Shown here in pieces: positions 47,205 to 56,758 of a DNA stretch of 64,000 nucleotides. Below the pieces are notes generated by a model, which worked only from the letters and a program-made list of their open reading frames with translations, searched no databases and was not told the origin of the DNA. Source of the DNA: Minisyncoccota bacterium. Lineage in GTDB: Bacteria > Patescibacteriota > Minisyncoccia > Phycocordibacterales > UBA9973. The DNA lies in contig JBAZYS010000002.1 of the NCBI GenBank assembly GCA_041659205.1, forward strand, positions 1,627 through 65,626, given 5' to 3'. Made by a program: the position numbers and the translations under genes. Each line of letters begins with the position of its first letter. Positions within the stretch are counted from its first letter, which is position 1.

Positions 47205-48844
47205 TATGTAATTTATTTCCTGAACCTACATACTTTTTTTTCTCCTCAGCTGTGCCAGCATTACTTTACTACGCACAAATACCTGCCACAGTGATTGCAC
47301 TCCTTCTAAGCTTCTATGTATTTTGGAAAGGTAGAAAACTTTTACTCAATAGACTTCTTTTTTTAATCTCTATATTTTTTTCACTTTGGACACTTTCAAC
47401 CTTAATAGCTTGGACTAATATTCACAGTGACTTTATAATATTTACTTGGTCTTTTTTCAGTTTAATATTAGGCCTCATTTCCATCTTCTGCATTTATTTT
47501 ATTTATGTATTTTTATGGAAAAACGATATTTCAGTACGTCTCAAGGTAATTTTTATTACGCTACTTGCACCTCTCCTTATCCTCGCACCTACTACTTTAA
47601 ACCTTAGTGGTTTCAACCTAACAAATTGTGACGCTTTTGATTTCGAATGGCTCCCATTCAAACTCTATGGTACGTCACTCGGAGTACTAGCAATTATATG
47701 GATTCTCGTTCTTCTCATTAAGGCATATCGTGTAGCAAAGCCTGATTTTAAAAAACAAATTGCTCTCATGGGAACAGGTATTGAATTATTTCTCTTCTCT
47801 TTTTTTGGAATGGAATTCATCGCAACTTACCTTGCAAGAATTGGTATCTTCCCAGATTCCCAGCTCGAGCTATATGGGATGTTCGGAATGGTAATATTTA
47901 TGATATATATAAGCGTTCTCATGGTCCGCTTTAAAGCTTTTAACGTAAAACTTCTTGCCACCCAGGCATTGGTATGGGGACTTGCAGCATTAGTAGGTTC
48001 ACAATTCTTCTTTATTAAAGCAACTGTAAACTTTGTCCTTAATGGATTTGGATTTCTTACCTCTATAATTTTGGGACAATATTTGATTAAATCTGTTAAA
48101 AAAGAAATAGAGCAAAAAGAAAAATTAGCTAGACTAAATATAGATCTTCAGCTTTCAATTAAACAAAGGGAAAGCCTTGTCCACCTCGTTACTCACAAGG
48201 TTAAAGGTTCATTTACTCGCACGAAATTTCTTTTTGCTGGAATACTAGATGGCACCTTTGGACCAATAACTCCTGAAATTAAAAAAAGAGCAGAGCAGGG
48301 TCTTGAATTTGATAATGGTGGAATCCGCACGGTTGACTTGGTTTTAAATGTCGCCAATTTGCAAAATGGAGTCATTAAATATGATATGCAAAATTTTGAT
48401 TTTAAAGAGATGACTCTTGAAACAGTAGATGAAAAAAGGGTTGGGGCTGAAGCAAAAGGATTAAAAATAGAAACAAAAATTAATAATGACACTTATAACA
48501 TTAAAGGTGACACTTTCTGGCTCAAAGAAGTAATAAACAATTTGCTTGAAAATTCTATTAAATATACAAAAGAAGGATTGATAACAGTCTCACTCGAAAA
48601 GAAAGAAAACAAAATATTGTTAAGTGTCAAAGACACAGGATTTGGCATCACTAAAGAAGATAAAGAACATTTATTTACTGAAGGTGGACGAGGCAAAGAC
48701 TCTGTAAAAATAAATGTGGACAGTACAGGCTATGGACTCTATACAGTAAAATTAATCGTAGAAGCCCATAAAGGCCGCGTCTGGGCAGAGTCTGAAGGTG
48801 CGGACAAAGGTTCTACTTTCTTTGTAGAATTACCAACAACATAA
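47201..48844 (+). CDS. Multi-TM sensor histidine kinase
   Basis: Hydrophobic N-terminal half; THKVKGSF H-box; NLLENSIKYT, DTGFGI, GYGLY. Confidence 0.9.
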   Translation: MICNLFPEPTYFFFSSAVPALLYYAQIPATVIALLLSFYVFWKGRKLLLNRLLFLISIFFSLWTLSTLIAWTNIHSDFIIFTWSFFSLILGLISIFCIYFIYVFLWKNDISVRLKVIFITLLAPLLILAPTTLNLSGFNLTNCDAFDFEWLPFKLYGTSLGVLAIIWILVLLIKAYRVAKPDFKKQIALMGTGIELFLFSFFGMEFIATYLARIGIFPDSQLELYGMFGMVIFMIYISVLMVRFKAFNVKLLATQALVWGLAALVGSQFFFIKATVNFVLNGFGFLTSIILGQYLIKSVKKEIEQKEKLARLNIDLQLSIKQRESLVHLVTHKVKGSFTRTKFLFAGILDGTFGPITPEIKKRAEQGLEFDNGGIRTVDLVLNVANLQNGVIKYDMQNFDFKEMTLETVDEKRVGAEAKGLKIETKINNDTYNIKGDTFWLKEVINNLLENSIKYTKEGLITVSLEKKENKILLSVKDTGFGITKEDKEHLFTEGGRGKDSVKINVDSTGYGLYTVKLIVEAHKGRVWAESEGADKGSTFFVELPTT

Positions 48845-48955
48845 AAACGGTAATATAATGTTTTTTAGGGGTTTTGAGCACGACGGTGCGAAAACTTCAG
48901 GATTTTTTAAGCTTCAAAAAATCTGTACCTAAAAAATATTATATTACGGTTTTTA
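48842..48955 (+). repeat. Structured repeat family A, copy A5
   Basis: GTTTT-GA-GCAC-GACG-GTGC-GA-AAACTTCA-GGATTTTTT-AAGCTTC-AAAAAATCT-GTACC; starts at the kinase TAA. Confidence 0.95.
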
Positions 48956-48958
48956 CTT

Positions 48959-49867
48959 TCACTTTTTCTTTTGAGCAGAAGCCAAACGAAGCATTATTTC
49001 ATGTGCAGCAGGCTGTGAATCTGTAAAGATTACATAATTATCATCTGCGAAGATATATGCCATAACCGTCTTTCTATCTTTATCATAAAGTACTCGAGCA
49101 TTTTTATTATCTACGATACCATCCTCGAAATTTTTAGTGAAAAGATAATTTGTCTCATTTGTAAGACTAATCCCAAAAAATCCATGTAAATCATAAAGCA
49201 TTTTATTTTCCCAGTTGCGCAAAGAATCAAAAATATCAGCCGTAGAACGAACTTTAATTATCATAAAAAAGTCCCCAGCAGTTGGTGAAGTAGATTTAAG
49301 CCCAGTTAGAACTGACCCCAGCAAAAAATTATCATTAACAAAAAGTCTATTATTTACTGGAACGAAATCACTCTTAATTAAAGAAATAAATCTTCTAAGC
49401 CCTATAATTTGTTTATTTTCTGTGAGATAAACCCCTTCCACTCCTCCTACTTTTACTTTTGAATTATTAATTTCACCTAAAACAGTCTGAGCTATTTCTT
49501 CTTTCTTGAGTCCAGCAACTTCCAAAAAAGTACTCTGCTCATTAAAAATGATAGGCACAAATTGTGGGGCTACTGAAATAGTATTGATATCTTTTTTAAA
49601 AAAGAAAAAAAATAAAGTCACCAAAGCAAGAAATATTAGCAAAATACTAACGAGCATGAAAATCTTGTTTTTTTGTGATTCTGGAGATAGATTTTTCTTT
49701 TCTGCCTCGTGCTCTTCTTCTCCATGGATTATTTTCTTTATTAGCCCCTCTTTGTCATTCTCAAGAACACTTGCCATGTCTTCGGCATAAGTCTGAACAA
49801 TTTTATGTTCCACTCCTTTCCCAGAACCGACAGGTGAAGGAACGGGTATTTTTTTATCTGTCTCCAT
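48959..49867 (-). CDS. Hypothetical single-pass membrane protein
   Basis: 302-aa ORF with one TM helix, directly downstream of pnp. Confidence 0.7.
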   Translation of the reverse strand: METDKKIPVPSPVGSGKGVEHKIVQTYAEDMASVLENDKEGLIKKIIHGEEEHEAEKKNLSPESQKNKIFMLVSILLIFLALVTLFFFFFKKDINTISVAPQFVPIIFNEQSTFLEVAGLKKEEIAQTVLGEINNSKVKVGGVEGVYLTENKQIIGLRRFISLIKSDFVPVNNRLFVNDNFLLGSVLTGLKSTSPTAGDFFMIIKVRSTADIFDSLRNWENKMLYDLHGFFGISLTNETNYLFTKNFEDGIVDNKNARVLYDKDRKTVMAYIFADDNYVIFTDSQPAAHEIMLRLASAQKKK

Positions 49868-49870
49868 ATT

Positions 49871-51985
49871 TTATGACTTTGGTGCAAAGAAATCTTTATC
49901 CGCTTCCTTGATGGATAGACTTATCTTTCCTCTCTCACTATCAATCTTTATGACCTTCACAGGCACAATAGTACCTTCCTTTATTATATCTGATACTTTG
50001 TCTACGCGAAATGGCGCCATTTCAGAAATATGTACCATGCCGTCGGTAAAAGGATTAAGAGCCACAAACACTCCAAAATCAGCAAGCTTTACCACTTCTC
50101 CTTTCAATATTTCACCAACTTTAAACTCATGGGTCATTTCTTCGACAATCTGTTTAGCTTTTTCAGCTGATCCATCTTTACCAGTCAAATATACTGTTCC
50201 ATCGTCCTCAATAGTTATTTCCGCCCCAGACCTCTCTTTAATATCTTTAATTGTTTTTCCCCCGCCACCAATAACCATACCGATTTTATCTGGGTTGATT
50301 TTAATTATTAAAATCTTTGGTGCATTAGCAGATATATTTTCTCGTGGTTTAGCAATTTCTTTTTCCATTGCGTCCAAAATATGGAAGTGTGCTTTTCTAG
50401 ACTGTTTCATCGCTTCTGCCAATATTTTTATTGGCACTCCATCCACCTTCACATCGAGCTGAATAGCGGTGACTCCCTCTCTTGTTCCCGCAACTTTGAA
50501 ATCCATATCGCCATGATGATCTTCAGGTCCTTGGATGTCGGTAAGGATTTTATATTTATCTTCGTTTTCAAACATCAGACCCATCGCAATACCAGCAACA
50601 GGATTTTTTATTGGGACTCCACCATCCATCAAGGCTAAAGTCGAAGCACAGATTGAAGCTTGAGAAGTTGAACCATTGGATGCCATAGATTCAGAAACAA
50701 TACGAATAGTATAAGGGAACTCTAGAGGTGATGGTAATACCATCGCTAATGCTTTTTCAGCAAGTGCTCCGTGTCCTACTTCTCGGCGATTTGTAAAACC
50801 AAAACGCCCAGCTTCTCCCGCAGAATAAGGTGGAAAATTATAGTGATGCATAAATCTCCTCTCGGACGTCACATCCATTCCATTCACCGCTTGCTTGTCT
50901 CCAGGTCCACCTAAGGTCAAAGCAGAGAATACGTGCGTTCCCCCACGATAGAAAATTCCTGACCCATGCAAAATTTTTGATAATCCTCCAGCTTGCGCAT
51001 AGAGATCACGCACTTCATCCATCGCTCGTCCATCTGCACGCCTTCCTTCTTTGATTGCTTTCTCATGCAACATTTCATTTTCTGTGTTATCAAATAAATC
51101 ATCTTCCAGTTCATAATTTTTATTATCTGGAAATTTTTCTTTCACTAAATTATTCCAAGTTGTATGCAATTCATCTATATGTTTTTTACCAACTTCGGTA
51201 AAAATAGCTTCTTCCATTTTGGGCAAAATATTTTCTTTAAACAAAGCCACTGCCTCCGGATTTATAACCTCTTCAGGTATAATTCTTTTTTCTTTACCAA
51301 TTTCCTTCGCAATATTCTTCTGGAATTCTTCAAGTTTCGAAATTTCTTTACTTGCTACTTCTAGGGCTTCTACAAGCTCTTCTTCTTTTACTTGCCTGGC
51401 AGCAGCCTCAATCATGTTCACATGCCCTTCTCTTCCGCAGACAGTTAGATCAAATTTGTATGGATATTCTTCCGCTCTCAGAACTGTAGATGCATTTATT
51501 TTTAAAGTTTCGCCATCATACTTTCCAATGCGGACACAACCGATTGGTCCTCTCCAGGGTATGTTGGAAACAAGAATAGCGAGAGAGGCTGCATTTACTG
51601 CAAGCATAGCGGGATCATTGTCGTCACAAGCGATAACGGTCACAATGACTTGTACGGCGTGCCTTAAGTGCTGGTCAAAGAGTGGACGAATTGTTCGGTC
51701 AATGACTCGACTTGCTAAAACTGCTTCCGTCGATGCTTTCCCTTCTCTCCTGACATACTGAGAACCTAAAATTTTCCCTGCAGCATAAAACTTTTCCGCA
51801 TAATCGACTGTTAAATTAAAAAATCCCAAGCCTGCCTGTTTGTCGTGAGACATACAAGCTGTGGCTAGAACTATTGTCTCTCCATACTTCAACATCACAC
51901 TTCCATGTGCTTGATCTGCTAAATCAGTAAAAATGGCGGTCAATGTTTTCCCTCCAATTTCTACGCTATATTCTTTCTTTTGCAT
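49871..51985 (-). CDS. pnp: Polyribonucleotide nucleotidyltransferase
   Basis: RVIDRTIRPLF, RREVGHGALA, SNGSTSQAS, GDMDFKVAGT, KH and S1 domains; start likely MQKKEYS. Confidence 0.97.
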   Translation of the reverse strand: MQKKEYSVEIGGKTLTAIFTDLADQAHGSVMLKYGETIVLATACMSHDKQAGLGFFNLTVDYAEKFYAAGKILGSQYVRREGKASTEAVLASRVIDRTIRPLFDQHLRHAVQVIVTVIACDDNDPAMLAVNAASLAILVSNIPWRGPIGCVRIGKYDGETLKINASTVLRAEEYPYKFDLTVCGREGHVNMIEAAARQVKEEELVEALEVASKEISKLEEFQKNIAKEIGKEKRIIPEEVINPEAVALFKENILPKMEEAIFTEVGKKHIDELHTTWNNLVKEKFPDNKNYELEDDLFDNTENEMLHEKAIKEGRRADGRAMDEVRDLYAQAGGLSKILHGSGIFYRGGTHVFSALTLGGPGDKQAVNGMDVTSERRFMHHYNFPPYSAGEAGRFGFTNRREVGHGALAEKALAMVLPSPLEFPYTIRIVSESMASNGSTSQASICASTLALMDGGVPIKNPVAGIAMGLMFENEDKYKILTDIQGPEDHHGDMDFKVAGTREGVTAIQLDVKVDGVPIKILAEAMKQSRKAHFHILDAMEKEIAKPRENISANAPKILIIKINPDKIGMVIGGGGKTIKDIKERSGAEITIEDDGTVYLTGKDGSAEKAKQIVEEMTHEFKVGEILKGEVVKLADFGVFVALNPFTDGMVHISEMAPFRVDKVSDIIKEGTIVPVKVIKIDSERGKISLSIKEADKDFFAPKS

Positions 51986-52147
51986 AATTATTTTACCCAC
52001 CTGTGGCGAGCATTGAGTTCGTGTTCGAACTGCAGTATTGTTCTTCATAGATAGAGAACACTACTATATGTCCGAACGCGAACTGATTAACTACTAATAT
52101 CTAATAAACTATGATTATATTAGCACTTTTACATCAAAAAGCAAAAA

Positions 52148-52657
52148 CTATTTTGCTCCCATGAGATACTTCCTTGGATTTTCAGACAAGTCCACAAAAT
52201 CATCTACAGCTTCACGTAGTTTCCCAGAAGTTGATTTACCAAATGATACAACTTCGACTTGGACACCAATACTCTGCAAATATTCTACAAGAGGAATAAA
52301 GTCACCATCACCAGAGATTATTACTACGGAGTCCAAACGTGGTGACATTTTAATCGCATCGACAGCCAACCCGACATCCCAATCAGCTTTCTTTGCACCC
52401 CCAGCAAATATTTGTAAATCTTTTGTCTTTGTTTCAATCCCGAGCTTCTCTAATGCTTCAAAGAAATTCTTTTCATCACCCGCTTCAGTGGTGATAACAT
52501 AAGCTACAGCTCTTACGAGTTTACGTCCCGCAACTGCATCTTTCAAAACGGCACCGAAATTAACTCGCGCTTGGTACAAGTTGCGAGCTGAATGATATAA
52601 ATTTTGGGTATCGATAAAAACCCCAACTCTTTGTTCTTTATGTTTTATAACTGTCAT
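52148..52657 (-). CDS. NYN domain (LabA/DUF88) protein
   Basis: FIDTQNL, KADWDVGLAVD, SGDGDFIPL. Confidence 0.9.
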   Translation of the reverse strand: MTVIKHKEQRVGVFIDTQNLYHSARNLYQARVNFGAVLKDAVAGRKLVRAVAYVITTEAGDEKNFFEALEKLGIETKTKDLQIFAGGAKKADWDVGLAVDAIKMSPRLDSVVIISGDGDFIPLVEYLQSIGVQVEVVSFGKSTSGKLREAVDDFVDLSENPRKYLMGAK

Positions 52658-52667
52658 ACATTAATTA

Positions 52668-52772
52668 TAGCAAAGAATACTTATAAAAACGACTACGGAA
52701 GCTGACGAGCTGAGTCCTGAGCAAAAATTCAACAGAATTTTATGTGTGCGTTTTTAAAAATATTTTTTGCTA
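52668..52772 (+). repeat. Structured repeat, family B-like, copy B3
   Basis: Outer stem TAGCAAAGAATA/TATTTTTTGCTA; AC-GGA-AGCT-GACG-AGCT-GA-GT; AAAATTC-AACA-GAATTTT-ATGTGT. Confidence 0.7.
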
Positions 52773-52783
52773 GAATTACAAAT

Positions 52784-53047
52784 TTACGCAAGATCCATTT
52801 TCTTCATCAAAGCAGCATAACGAGGCTTACTTTTTCGTTCCAAATACTTCAAATGAGTTCGGCGGTCGGCTACCATTTTGATAAGCCCACGACGAGAATG
52901 ATTATCTTTTTTATGCTTTTTAAGGTGTTTTGCAAGAGCGTCAATCTGAGTAGACAAAACGGCAACCTGAACTTCCGGAGAGCCAGTATCTGTCTCATGA
53001 ATTTGATTTTTCTTTATAACTGCTTGTTTTTTCTTTGTTGCTAACAT
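52784..53047 (-). CDS. rpsO: 30S ribosomal protein S15
   Basis: DTGSPEVQVA, HKKDNHSRRGL. Confidence 0.97.
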   Translation of the reverse strand: MLATKKKQAVIKKNQIHETDTGSPEVQVAVLSTQIDALAKHLKKHKKDNHSRRGLIKMVADRRTHLKYLERKSKPRYAALMKKMDLA

Positions 53048-53123
53048 GTTTATTATATTAGCATAAACCCTATAAATTGCAAGTTCCCTTAGAAAATATT
53101 GTGCGACATGCTAAAATATATCT

Positions 53124-54080
53124 ATGGCATCCGTACATGAACTTAAAAATCAATTTCTGGAATATATAGAGATAGAAAAAGGCCGAGCGATAAGAACAGT
53201 TGAAAACTACGATCATTATTTAACTGTTTTTTTAAACCAAACAAAAATCACTGACCCGAAAGATATAACAGATGAAAAAGTCCGAGATTTTCGTATCTGG
53301 CTCAACCGGCAAACAACAGGCAACAACAGAGCTACTGGCGGGACAGTAAAAAAGAAAACACAAAATTATTATTTAATAGCCCTCCGTACTTTTCTTAAAT
53401 TTCTAACAAGGAGAAATATCACATCCCTTCCCTCAGACCACATAGAGCTAGCAAAAGTCGGTGAAAGACAAATCGATGTTATATCCCAAGAAGAATTGCG
53501 CAGACTCTTGCGCGCACCAGACAATGAAAAAAATTTAGAAAAAAAATATCGAGACAAAGCAATCATGGAAATGCTTTTCTCGACTGGCCTGCGTGTTTCA
53601 GAACTTTGCTCACTAAAAAATGATCTCGACCTTCAGCTAGATGAATTTTCTATTCGTGGGAAAGGGGGTAAGGTGCGTGTCGTTTTTTTATCTGATGAAG
53701 CAAAGGCTGCCGTAAAAAATTATTTAGCAAATCGCAAAGATATGTCTGATGCCCTTTTTGTAAAAGTTAATGAAGAAACATCAGCAGGAACAAATTTAAA
53801 TAAAAAGAAAGGAAAAAACTCTACAGAAAATGATGGCCTCACTCGTCGCTCCATAGAAAGAATTGTAAAAAGATATGCCACAATCGCAGGCATATCAAAA
53901 AAGGTTACACCACATGTCATTCGTCATGTTTTCGCCACAGACTTGCTTTCCAATGGAGCAGACATCCGCTCGGTGCAGGCCATGCTCGGCCATTCCAATA
54001 TTGCGACAACCCAAATTTATACACACGTTACTGACAAGCATTTGCGTGATATTCACAAAAAATTTCATAACAAACAATAA
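53124..54080 (+). CDS. Tyrosine recombinase XerC/XerD family
   Basis: STGLRVSEL, GKGGKVR, TPHVIRH, LGHSNIATTQIYTH. Confidence 0.93.
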   Translation: MASVHELKNQFLEYIEIEKGRAIRTVENYDHYLTVFLNQTKITDPKDITDEKVRDFRIWLNRQTTGNNRATGGTVKKKTQNYYLIALRTFLKFLTRRNITSLPSDHIELAKVGERQIDVISQEELRRLLRAPDNEKNLEKKYRDKAIMEMLFSTGLRVSELCSLKNDLDLQLDEFSIRGKGGKVRVVFLSDEAKAAVKNYLANRKDMSDALFVKVNEETSAGTNLNKKKGKNSTENDGLTRRSIERIVKRYATIAGISKKVTPHVIRHVFATDLLSNGADIRSVQAMLGHSNIATTQIYTHVTDKHLRDIHKKFHNKQ

Positions 54081-54192
54081 AACCTTTAGAACATAACTTT
54101 TGCAGGGGTTTTGAGCTCGGCGGAGCGAAAACTTCAGAATTTTTTAAGCTTCAAAAAATTCGTACCGAAAAAAGTTTATGTTCTAAGAGTTT
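54080..54192 (+). repeat. Structured repeat family A, copy A6
   Basis: GTTTT-GA-GCTC-GGCG-GAGC-GA-AAACTTCA-GAATTTTTT-AAGCTTC-AAAAAATTC-GTACC. Confidence 0.95.
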
Positions 54193-54222
54193 CACAATTT
54201 ACTTTGTGCTACAATTATTAAA

Positions 54223-54993
54223 ATGAAAATCATAAGCTGGAACACAAATGGACTACGGGCAACAGCAAAACAAGGCTTTTTTGTTCCCCTTTTCAAAGAT
54301 GAAAAACCTAATATTTTATGCCTTCAAGAAACAAAAGCTGAACCAGATCAGCTTCCAGAAGATGTCCGCAATGTAAAAGGTTATTATTCATATTTTTCAC
54401 ATCCCAAAATTAAAAAAGGCTACAGTGGAGTAGCTATTTATACTAAAGAAAAACCAAAAGAAGTTTTCTATGGAATGGGCATAAAAAAATTGGATGATGA
54501 AGGCAGGCTTCTCGGTGTAAAATTAAAAAATTATACAGTGATAACTGGGTATTTCCCTAACGGGGGGCAGGGACCCCATAGACTGAAATACAAATTAGAA
54601 TTTTACGATGCCTTTTTAAAATTTATATTAAAACTTCGCAAAAATGGTGAAAATGTCATTTTTTGTGGGGACGTAAATACCGCCCATGAAGCCATCGACC
54701 TCGCTCGCCCTAAAGCAAATGAAGAAAATACAGGATTCTTGCCAATAGAGCGTGCCTGGATTAGTAAAGTAATTGAAAATAACTTTTTAGATATTTATAG
54801 AAAATTCTATCCTGGAAAAGTCGGCGCCTATACTTATTGGGATATAAAAACACGAGCCCGAGACAGAAATGTCGGATGGCGTCTAGACTATTTTTTTGCA
54901 GATGCAAAAATCGTTCCAAAAATAAAAAATGCTGGAATGTTATCAGACTATTACGGCTCAGACCACTGCCCTATTTGGATACAACTTAATTAA
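54223..54993 (+). CDS. xth: Exodeoxyribonuclease III
   Basis: SWNTNG, LQETK, GYSGVA, GDVNTAH, GWRLDYF, SDHCP. Confidence 0.96.
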   Translation: MKIISWNTNGLRATAKQGFFVPLFKDEKPNILCLQETKAEPDQLPEDVRNVKGYYSYFSHPKIKKGYSGVAIYTKEKPKEVFYGMGIKKLDDEGRLLGVKLKNYTVITGYFPNGGQGPHRLKYKLEFYDAFLKFILKLRKNGENVIFCGDVNTAHEAIDLARPKANEENTGFLPIERAWISKVIENNFLDIYRKFYPGKVGAYTYWDIKTRARDRNVGWRLDYFFADAKIVPKIKNAGMLSDYYGSDHCPIWIQLN

Positions 54994-55109
54994 AACTCGT
55001 TGCAGGTGTAGTTTTTATGAACCCTTGCGCAGGCGGGTAGCCGAGCAGAGCAATTTTTTAGTAAAAAAATATGCGTGGTGAATAAAAACTATACCAAAAA
55101 AGAGTTTTA
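54991..55109 (+). repeat. Structured repeat family B, copy B2
   Basis: Spans exactly from the xth stop to the murI stop; matches the reverse complement of 2532-2650. Confidence 0.85.
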
Positions 55110-55901
55110 TATTTCAATTAATCCTGGTTTAATCTTTGCTCCAAACCATTTAGAAGTAAGTATTTCTACGGTTTTTGTCTTGTCTGTAACGAGAATTTTA
55201 ACACTTCCCTTTTTTGAAAGCTTTTGAAATATTTCTTCATGTTTTTTAAGATATTCCTTGAGTTTTTTGGGTATTATTTCGTCCTGAGAAATTATTTTAA
55301 TATTTTTAGGTAAAAATTTTCTTATTTGTCCTTTAAATATAGGATAGTGCGTGCAACCAAGAATTAAAGCATCTAATTTTTTATTTAAAAAAGGTTGCAA
55401 ATATTTTTTGATAAATGGCAGAGCATTTTTTATTTCTCCTTCTTCTGCGAGAGCCACCAGGAGTGGCGCAGCATTTTGGAAAATTATTACTTTTTTGTTT
55501 ATTTTTTTAATTTCTTGCGGAAAAGTATTGGAGTCAACAGTTCCCTTTGTCCCTAAGACCCCTACTCTCTTAAATTTAGCAGCTTCTTCTGCAGCCGGGA
55601 TCAAAACTCCCAATACTTTTCTCCCAGGGAAATTCTTAGGTAAATATTCCTGTTGTATTTTTCGCAAAGCCCGAGCTGAAGATGTATTACAGGCAACAAT
55701 AACAATAGCGCAATTTTCTTTACGGAAAAGATAGTCCACACATTCTCGCGTAAATTCATACACAGCTTCATGCGAACGGTTTCCATAAGGCACCCTTTTG
55801 GTATCACCTAAATACACATAATCGTATTCTGGCATTACTTTTACTATTGATTTCGCAATCATAAGCCCTCCTAAACCTGAATCAAAAATTCCTATCTTCA
55901 T
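55107..55901 (-). CDS. murI: Glutamate racemase
   Basis: FDSGLGG, PYG, VACNTSS, LGCTHYP. Confidence 0.96.
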   Translation of the reverse strand: MKIGIFDSGLGGLMIAKSIVKVMPEYDYVYLGDTKRVPYGNRSHEAVYEFTRECVDYLFRKENCAIVIVACNTSSARALRKIQQEYLPKNFPGRKVLGVLIPAAEEAAKFKRVGVLGTKGTVDSNTFPQEIKKINKKVIIFQNAAPLLVALAEEGEIKNALPFIKKYLQPFLNKKLDALILGCTHYPIFKGQIRKFLPKNIKIISQDEIIPKKLKEYLKKHEEIFQKLSKKGSVKILVTDKTKTVEILTSKWFGAKIKPGLIEI

Positions 55902-55917
55902 ATTTTTATAATAACAT

Positions 55918-56078
55918 AATCTGCAAAATGAAAAAGTTACATTTTTAAAGCCTTGCGCAAGAGCTTAGAAAATAAAAATGGTAATCCATTTATTATTTTC
56001 TTGAGCGACGAGCAGTTCGCTGGCGAAGCTTCGCCAGATAGATTGCTTTCAAAATGCAACTTTTTCATTTTGTAGATT
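55918..56078 (+). repeat. Large multibranch stem-loop, family B-like (B5)
   Basis: ~28-bp outer stem AATCTGCAAAATGAAAAAGTT/AACTTTTTCATTTTGTAGATT; CCTTGCGCA...GAGCAG as in B2; inner CTGGCGAAGCTTCGCCAG. Confidence 0.7.
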
Positions 56079-56095
56079 TATGGTATATTTTATAC

Positions 56096-56758
56096 ATGAG
56101 CCACGCAAGATTAGAACAATTATCCGACGGAATTTTCGCAATAGTAATGACCGTGTTAGTTTTTCAAATTAGACTACCTGCCATCTGGGGCCCGATAGAC
56201 AATATGGGTCTTTGGTTCGAAATCAAAAAACTATTCCCTCTTTTACTTAGTTACGTTTTGGGCTTTTCTTTACTCTTCACATATTGGAGAGCGCACCATT
56301 TCTTTGTCTCTATTTACGCAAAAAATGTAGACTCAAGGCTCACAAACATAAATGCTTTATTTTTTATGCTTATAAGCCTAGTGCCCTTCTCCGCTAGTGT
56401 CCTCGGTAGCTTCAGTAGCAACGAACTTTCTATAATACTTTTCGGCATACATATTACCCTAATCGGCCTTACTTTGTATTGGATGAGAAGATATGTACTT
56501 TTCTCTGAACATATAAAAAACCCTGAAATAACAAAAAGAGAAATCCGAGGCAGTACTATCCGCACCCTAATCCCAGTTGTCTTTGCATTAATCGCTATGC
56601 CGCTTTCTTTTTTAAGCATAAAACTTTCTTTATTTTTATTTACCCTCGCTGTAATCTTCAACCTTTCTTCTTATAGCACGAAACTTTTTGAAAATATTCT
56701 AAAGACTCTTCACCATATGTTTTTCGGTGAAGACAAAAAAGGCCACTTCGCAGATTAA
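56096..56758 (+). CDS. TMEM175/DUF1211 family potassium channel-like protein
   Basis: RLEQLSDGIFAIVMT (FSD-like motif); YWRAHH; start likely MSHARL. Confidence 0.88.
   Translation: MSHARLEQLSDGIFAIVMTVLVFQIRLPAIWGPIDNMGLWFEIKKLFPLLLSYVLGFSLLFTYWRAHHFFVSIYAKNVDSRLTNINALFFMLISLVPFSASVLGSFSSNELSIILFGIHITLIGLTLYWMRRYVLFSEHIKNPEITKREIRGSTIRTLIPVVFALIAMPLSFLSIKLSLFLFTLAVIFNLSSYSTKLFENILKTLHHMFFGEDKKGHFAD

Noticed and set aside
53124-54192. Integron or prophage integrase with A6 as attC
   Set aside because: The protein looks like a housekeeping Xer recombinase among core genes, family A copies are dispersed beside core genes, and no cassette array or phage genes are present.
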